Below are positions 52,613 to 64,000 of a stretch of DNA of 64,000 bases, one piece after another; position 1 is the first letter of the stretch, and the number at the start of each line of letters is the position of its first letter. The notes under the pieces are model-generated. The model was not told the origin of the DNA. It was given only the letters and a program-made list of their open reading frames with translations, and did no database searches. Source of the stretch: Balanoglossus misakiensis (lineage: Eukaryota > Animalia > Hemichordata); NCBI GenBank assembly GCA_040954595.2, contig CM082589.2:1528009-1592008 (forward strand). The letters are read 5' to 3'. The translations under genes were made by a program, and so were the position numbers.

Positions 52613-54612
52613 TTATGAAAAACAAACTAAAAGCAAAAATATCAAAATTGTTATGGACGTAGTCGGGTGGACTGCAGTACCATCACTAGTTTCACATTCC
52701 GGTTCCTCTTCGTCTTCATAGACACATATCATTGTGCTGACCTTTCGAGCGCATCGGAAAACAGAGCCTGACTCACTACAAAGAAAAGATAGAGAAACAT
52801 CCATGAACAGAAACCCAAGAAGCTTTCATAAAAACCACATGATCTAAAAGCTATGCTTTCACCTACCAATAATCAGAAGGGTACCCGGTGACTGTCTCGT
52901 TGACGACCGTGGTAGAAGAGCCACCACCATCAAGATTAACCGCGTTTATGACTCCCAGTTTCTGTAAAAATTCAGCGAATTCCCAGAGACTGACTCTGAA
53001 ATGGAATACAAAAAGACATCAGGCGTGAAACAAGAATAAACTTCGTTTTAAAACCACCGTTGCCATATTATGTTCACTTCGTGCTATGCAGTAAAGGCAC
53101 ATCCCTCTTACGTTATAAGGCACTTACCCTCTTACGTTAGGCACTTACCCTCTTACGTTTGTTTGCCCGTCGATTTGAACCAGAATCACTCGCCCTTCAC
53201 TGTCGTGACCAATAGCCGTACGTGCAGCAACGACGTCAACGAAAAAGTCGATCGCACCTGAAGACAGTAACATCAGAATGCTTCAATTATTGTCTAACCC
53301 CCACAATAATTAAAATGTATTTACATTTCGTCTTTCAGTGGCAAATTACTTTTTTATTTCATTCTCAAACTGCTGAATGAATTGATACAAAATATCGATG
53401 TCATCAGTGTGATGTAATCGAACCTGTTTCTTGTGTATCTTCACATTCGATGTATTTGCTTTGATTGATGTAAATTTCGCCGTCTCTTAGCAACCAGATG
53501 ACACCAGCGACGAGCTGGCGAAAAGGGACATCAGGTGCTATGAGTTCTTCTTGCGATAGGTACCTGGAAATTTAAACAACGCCATCAGAGTGTTGTTCTC
53601 AAACTTTTTGGTATGTGTTGGTGAATAACTTAGCATCCATATTATTATTGTTGTAAAAGATCATTTTTGTGATTATGCTCACCCGGAAAACATCAACCCA
53701 TCTTCTAGGACACCAAAGTTTGCATTTTGAATTCCTTTTGAATCGATCACTATTATTCCATCGCTCACAACGTTGCCAAGACACTCTCCTGTCTGTGTGT
53801 CGAAAAATCCGGCGTTCAGTCCCATGATGCACTTTTTCTGCTTGCCACTTTCAACAACTGTCTCGCGCTCGTTCCTCGAGCACCCTCCTTTCGAGCCTGG
53901 TTCCAATACGGACAGTTTCATTGGATCGTTGACGATGACGTAGTGACCCAAGATGTCCTTCGATTGGCCAAGATCACTGGTGATGGTGTCGATAAAATGG
54001 CGGACGAGGATGGGCGGCTCGGTGTCGTTCTTTTGATGAGAGGGAAATGTCTCGTGCGTCCTGTTTCCGTATTTGTATTCCTGGCAGTCACGAACGAAGC
54101 GATGGGAAAGTCTCGGACCATGGTTACCTTGGCGATAAGGGGTCAGGACGTCGTCAGTAAATAATGAACTAAGTAAAGAAAGAAGTAGAAAAAACGTAAA
54201 ACCATCAATGCCTTCAGTTGTTCATCAGAACAGCTGCTGACAGAAACGCATTTGGACTTTTAATCAGTTATTTGTATCACACTTTTCCGCAATCGTAGTG
54301 AAAGCTAATTTCCTGTAGACAAGCTTGCTAATCTGAGAGATGCAACTAAAGAGCATGATATCGACACTCAAGGAAATGCCCATCAACCAGCAGACATGTC
54401 CAAATGCTTGGATGAAACAACGAATTTCCATTTGGGACTCAACTCCGATACAGCCACAAACTACTAACGGTCACAGTGAAAGACGACACCTACCCCATTC
54501 CGGATGGATTATGATGACTTGCATAACTCCCATAAGACACCTGGTCAATTGCGAAGGCAACCGCAGAACAGGAAACGATGAGGCAAAATTTCACCAACAG
54601 CATCTTCGACAT
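52613..54612 (-). CDS. NAGPA: NAGPA-like phosphodiester alpha-N-acetylglucosaminidase (uncovering enzyme family), 6 exons, ~381 aa
   Basis: Exons 54612-54494, 54168-53683, 53563-53424, 53257-53149, 52995-52867, 52775-52613. Signal peptide; motifs DD.L.PY, RDC, SVLEPG..GGC, NAGFF..CLGNVVSDG, ARTAIGHD, NAVNLDGGGS.T, YPSD.C and RC.R.VST..CV. Confidence 0.9.
53095..53159. repeat. Three tandem ~21-bp copies spanning the NAGPA exon-4 donor site
   Basis: AGGCACTTACCCTCTTACGTT x2 plus one degenerate copy. Confidence 0.9.
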
Positions 54613-57600
54613 TGTCGATGAAGTCAGCTAGGAATACAACGACTCTGTCGGTTGCCGCTGATTTCAAGTTAAACATTTGGGTCACGTCTTACAAGATGCT
54701 GTCACACATGATGTGTACTTGTGTGTCAAAGGTTGTATTTGCCAAGCAATCGGAGTAGGCGTTTGACACGCCCTGTAACTTCAGTCATTAATATTGAGAA
54801 AAACTACATTCTATGATTAAAATCATTTGTAATTTTCCTTTCACTTTAGATTTCTGTTTGGTAAGATTAACTTTTACTGACAAGAAGAATTGTTAATCAG
54901 CGAACAACAGCAATTGTGTGTGTTATGTTTACTTATAAAATTCGGAATCCTAATTGAATAAACAATAAAAAGATAAGGACCACAAATCCTTCGTCAATAT
55001 TTATTAAATATAACATGCTGATCAGTCACAGTCCACCCAGAATAGGGCTGTGATTCAGTTTATTTATCGAAATTTTGATATCCATAGCGATAAACTCTGA
55101 CGGACCAGGGCCCTAAATCAAAGTGTTACTGTTGATTTAAGAATGATTATAATTCATATCTGAATAAACGTTAACAGCATACGAATACATCGGTGTCTAT
55201 AAATAGGTGGTTTTCCGCTCATTGAGATATGGGATGATAAATATTCCTCATCAACTATTTATGTATTTTTCCCCGTACAACGTTTAGTGTAATAAAATCA
55301 TGGAAGAGTTTCCTCGATTCCCTGAATATACCACCAGATCAGCGTCAGCGTCTGTGAATCACCCACCCTAAATGGCACTTCCAACCGCTAGAGGACGCGC
55401 TGATGTTGCTGGAATTTCCTGAGTACATGTACATATTTATCGGTGACGTCGATCAGCAACAAGTAGTGTGAGTGCTCACACAAGACTGAGTCATTATTGG
55501 TTCATTAGAAGCAATTCATATCAAATTCTTAAAATGGCTTGCATAGCCAACAAAACTGCACGTCACGGCTCCTTGAGCGCTCCACACAATGACATAACAT
55601 AGAAAACCAAACAAAAATGGCACGCATCACTTTTGACTTGACTTGGAGACTGGGTAAAATCTGTTATATTGATGTACATGCTTTTAATCGGCCCTCACTA
55701 TTTTTCAAGTTTCCTGTCAAATACAAAATAATGTTCAAACGGCAAGGTATGTTGACGAGATCTATGACTGTCATATGACTCCAATACAATAGGAGACTGG
55801 GAGATTAAAGGTCAAAACACATTCCTGAACTGCGCGATGCATTGAGCTTTAACACTCTAGTACTTCGCAACATATCCGCCATATTGGACTATGCAACGCC
55901 CCTATGAATAGCAGCAACCTTTGACCTCTGAACCAGGAAATGACCCTTGGAAAATACAGCCCTCTCAAACGTGAGTGGGACAATTTCACGAAGGGTTCTC
56001 CTGCCGTTATGGTGAAGCAGTCAAGCTGGTTTTGAAAACTCGGAATTAGGTGATTTGGGGAGAATCTATAGTAGACCTGACAGTACCATAAGAAGCGACA
56101 CGTAGCGAACAGTACTTGGTAAGTGTCAAATCATACGTTTGCGCACTCTCAAAGTTTGTCAACTTAGTGAAGTTGGTGCATATCTCTGACCCAGTGGCGT
56201 TGGATTTTAGGACAAAACTTCCCTATCGCCGTATATATGTTGCGTTGCCTCGCATGTCTAATTGACAGCCTTTTCCAAGGGTATTTCCACACTACAGGTA
56301 TATATGAGTACCGATGATAACATACAGGTGTCATATTAGAGCAAGAGTTATCGCGATAGGAGTAGCAGGCGGAGATCCGTGCAGTCTGTCTGTCGTAGCG
56401 AAACTCTGTTTGTCAATGTGTTTCCCTATTGACGTGGGTGGGTCATTCTGGGTGAAATGTCGGGCATGGAGTGTTTGAAACATAAAATGAAAGAAACGCG
56501 TACATGCAGCGAAGGAAGGAGGTCGATAATAAGCAAACTGAGTCGTGTTGGTGGAATGGTTCGGAACGAAAACGCCCTTTGCGATACTGTTCGTGTGTTA
56601 TATAATTAGATGTACATAGCGCCGAGCTTACTATTCGTTTTGGTCAGCTACTGGTCCATCGAACCGTTTTTACTGTCGAGACAATGTGTTTCTTTGATGT
56701 CATGCAAGACACCAAGCTTTTTCACCATGTATATTACAATGCCTATTACATGTATACTATAGTCGATACGTATTAACCCTGTACGTATCATGCCGGACCC
56801 TGTCTTGTGAGATCTCATTGAATGAGACGGAAGTTTCCGTGTTCAGACTGTGCTTTGTTATTACATGTATTGTCAAAATGCTGTCCTTGTGAACCCCTCG
56901 GGCAGCTGTCGAGTCAGCAAATTACGAGATGTACATGTATGTAAAGTCAACCGTGACAAAAAGCAAGTTGTCACCGAACTCAAAGTTTTGGCCTTATCGG
57001 GTGAAGGGTTCTATGATGACGCTGTCCCTGGTTGTGATACTGCACGGAACGGGTATTCTAAATACATGCATAACAAAAGAAAAAAAAGTGAAGAGGCTGT
57101 GACTTCTACTAAGTTTAGTTTACTATGCACTTCTCAAATATAGCGGTAGAATCGTTCAATAAAATTTAATTATAAACAGTCACTTACGTGGAAACCATCC
57201 GCAGTGTGTCGTCAGTTGAACTTCACATCACCAAGGCAACAAGGGTTGGGGAAAGCCGACGTGACAATTTCGAGATTTATTGTTCTGTTCTTCTCTTTTT
57301 GTCATACATTTTTACTCTCACATTCTCGTAGAGTTTTTCTGATTTTACAACACACTCTATTTATTAAAAAATCACTTGCTATATGTGTAGTGTAGTACGG
57401 CGAGTGTAGCCTGTCGCTCTGCTGATAATTTTGCTGGAACGTTCTTCGGTGAAACCTTTGTTGGAAAGGCGATCCTGATAGCTTTACTATATCGTTGTTT
57501 TATCAACATTTACACCATAAAAAGAATCGCATTAAAAACGATTACCAATCCTTTAAAATATCACTTTGTGGGGGTCGAAATTCCAGCCGATATTTTGAAA

Positions 57601-59849
57601 AGTAAAACGTTGAAAAAATACCATATTTGTGTCAGTAAATACGATCTTCCTACTTTCATCCTAAATCTGGTACAGTTAGTTCGTATATGTAGTAAAAAAT
57701 TAACCGGTTCCTCTGTGACAGTTAAACCACTTCCGGTTTATAGGAAATACTGTAGGAAAATACTGTAACTCGGTAAATTTAGCTATACATGTTTGTATTT
57801 TCCGTTTGAATTGGCTGCTACTTTCTCGTGACATAAAGCCCTTTATTGACTGAGTGACGAGACCGCTGACCCGAGACTGCGGATGAATACGTTAACGCCT
57901 CATATTTCGTTTCGCGCATGATGTGAATTTTGATTTCTGTATAATTACGTGTTTCGCTGAACTGACTGAAGCTCGCTTATTTCCAACTTTTAACTGGTGT
58001 TTGTTGTGTGTTGCCCGTCACGAACCTTTGACCATTTCGTCGCGTTTCATAGCTCAACAATCCAACCAGACGACACCAACCTCTGCAAAGGTTATCAGAA
58101 ACAAACAAGTCATATTCTTCATGTCATGGTAACTGCCTCGCGATCATTTTAATCTCACCGAAACAATTTCTCGAATGTTCAAACAAATAACAATAACGCC
58201 AGGTTTTACCTAAGGAACAGAAGCGAATTTGGATTTATGTGTAAGTTGTAATCACCAAAAAATCTCCGAAAAAAAAATGTTTGACTACTTGAAGCCAAAC
58301 AAAGAATGTAATTTTCGTCTTGTAAACTATCAGCAGACCCTTCAGTTGGGAAAGTTGTAAATAATCTGGGTGAGAAGTTGATGTCGTGCTGGAAACGATG
58401 CCATTGTTTGCCTCTCTGTGCTATTTTAAAAGTTGGACTCTGACCAACCTGTGACGTGGGGTCGGATTTTACAAGGAAGTACAATGTTCAAGTGATTTGT
58501 GCGGGCAATATATAAAATGTCTGTGGAATGAAAGGTTCGCCAAACTTATCTGTGTAATATATACTGTCGATGTATTGTTTTGACACACACGTAAATTCTC
58601 AGAACGGGAAATTGTCAAGTTACAATTATTTAATACCAATTTGACCATAACGAAGGATGTTTATTGCGCCATAATATTGAGTTACAGGCTTCATTAATTC
58701 CAGAGGAACCTTTGTCAATAATTACAGTTGATAGCTTTTCCCCCTAGATATCCAAACTGATATCTTGTAGCATATGTATTCACCAGCGAGGATTACAATT
58801 TTAATTTACTCTGATCAAACCCGAAGCCAGATACGTCACACAAATTAGCATAAACCTACTTGGTTCCTGCCACCAGGGGCCATCGAACTGACCTCAAAAA
58901 TCGCAACACAAAGAAGTGCCTGTTTGGGGTCAATTGACCCTTTCTACTCGATATTGTCCCCAGGCCCATTATCTTGCGAATTTAGCATTTAAACCACTGC
59001 GAGACGGACGACATGAATTTTGTCACGGCTTAGGTATGATAGCGGGCGCTGTCCGCTTTGGCGTGACTTCTCTTGATTGATTAATTAAGGTAGATGCGCC
59101 TCGAAAATGAGGGTCACTTTCTCTCATATTTTGCTCAATGCTCTGTAGATTATTCTCTCTTAAAATTGGGAATATTTCTTTTATTTTAGTGATGAGGAGA
59201 AAGTTCGAAATTAGACCACCAGGGTTCCTGATGAATTATACAGAAACGAAAATGACATTTCCTGAAAGTTAATGTTTGTTTGCATGTCCGACGGTGTGGG
59301 CTGACCGTCAGTGGTACGCACCACGCGATAGGTTTAACACCTGACATGTGACTATATGTTAATTATATAATATATTATGTATGTTGTGGCTGGTGTACCA
59401 TCGCCTGGAACCTATCGCTTAGTCTATTGTTATTTCGATTTGCGGATTTCTGCACTGACTGTCGTCTCCGATTATTACTGGCACATAGCAGCCATGTTGG
59501 TAATGTTTCCATTCGTAACATATTTTTTTCTTGTAATCCACATCATTTATCAATGCAAGGCACTTGTGGCTGTCAGTTTTTCCCTGTAACGGAATTGATC
59601 CCAGGATTCATGATGCTATTCGCTTCCTTTCCATGCAATATTTTATCTGGGAGTTCTCTTTTTTGTGTGGTCCAGGCAAAACTGAAATTATGGTTGAAGT
59701 TCGTTCGAGATGACATTGACTGTAAAAAGCCATTGGTCGTCTTAAAAGAGGGAACGTTGATTTAAACAAGCTATGACGAGGAAATACATTGAAAGTTTAT
59801 TAATCATATTTTATTTTTATCTTTGTTGTTCAAGGGGTTCAAGTGGACG

Positions 59850-63338
<3,489 letters not shown>

Positions 63339-64000
63339 AAACCTTTCGTGTTTAGTTCCTGGCAACACGTAACTCGCCCAGACCATCTAGTTCTGTACAA
63401 TGTCATAACAGATATCGGCGATACAAGCGTTTCATCAGCATTGAATTAACGTTACCGGTAACTACAGTGACGTCAGTGTAGATAACAGCCGGTGTGTAAA
63501 TTTTTACCACCATTTGCATAAATTAATATGCAAATAGAAGCTGTTCATATTTTAGGTTAACCACAAATATGCTATGTACCATCGATCTCTTAATCAAGAA
63601 GGAAATTTGATTTATTGTTTCCCCCCTATCCGGAAACGCGCAAGCGTAAGTGGCACTGGTTTAAACGTATACAAGACAGTTAGTTGGAGAATTTGTCTTC
63701 TTGTATTAAGTTGTGTATCTCAGTTTCATAATGCGTAAATCCAAATTTTATGCGTGTGATTGTGGATTTTAGACAAGGTAAATACTCATAAGTCTACATA
63801 TGTCTATTTTAGGGAAGTCCTGGGTGGTTTTTAATATTTTCGCATATCTCATCCAAGTTTAAAATATAGACGGCAATATGTATGTATATTTTTAAGCTAG
63901 ATTGACAGATAAACGTCAAAATTTGTGTATTTTTAAAAGCATAATAATTAACATTTCATCAAAACCACGGTTCTTCAGTGAAGGGCATCGCAATGAACAG

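Noticed and set aside
54340-54621. Plus-strand ORF and other antisense ORFs over the NAGPA, fasciclin and Src exons
   Set aside because: Shadow frames of real coding exons on the opposite strand.
59085-59230. Possible MITE end beginning TTAAGGTAGATGCGCCTCG
   Set aside because: No matching inverted end or second copy visible in the window.

Overview
AT-rich, intron-rich animal genomic DNA, probably an invertebrate deuterostome (inferred from vertebrate-like exon structures and MITE content; not provable here). Six complete multi-exon genes could be spliced by hand with consistent phases: regucalcin (-), SLC66A3/PQLC3 (-, with a U12-type intron), neurocalcin/hippocalcin-type calcium sensor (+), a periostin/TGFBI-like EMI+4xFAS1 protein (-), a short NAGPA-like phosphodiester glycosidase ending in a GPI-like signal (-), and a FRK/Src42A-type Src kinase (+). 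There is also a probable signal-peptide first exon at the left edge. About 35 kb (8-43.7 kb) has no convincing coding exons and is probably 5' introns of the neurocalcin gene. The most unusual signal lies there: a dispersed family of G.U-rich hairpins whose 3' arm carries GGNNNTGTGACTGT(T). I found 8 exact copies and about 5 degenerate ones, in both orientations, including one compensatory change, one copy split in its loop by a TTAA MITE, and a 21-nt perfect long-range complement. All folds were done by eye and need computational confirmation.
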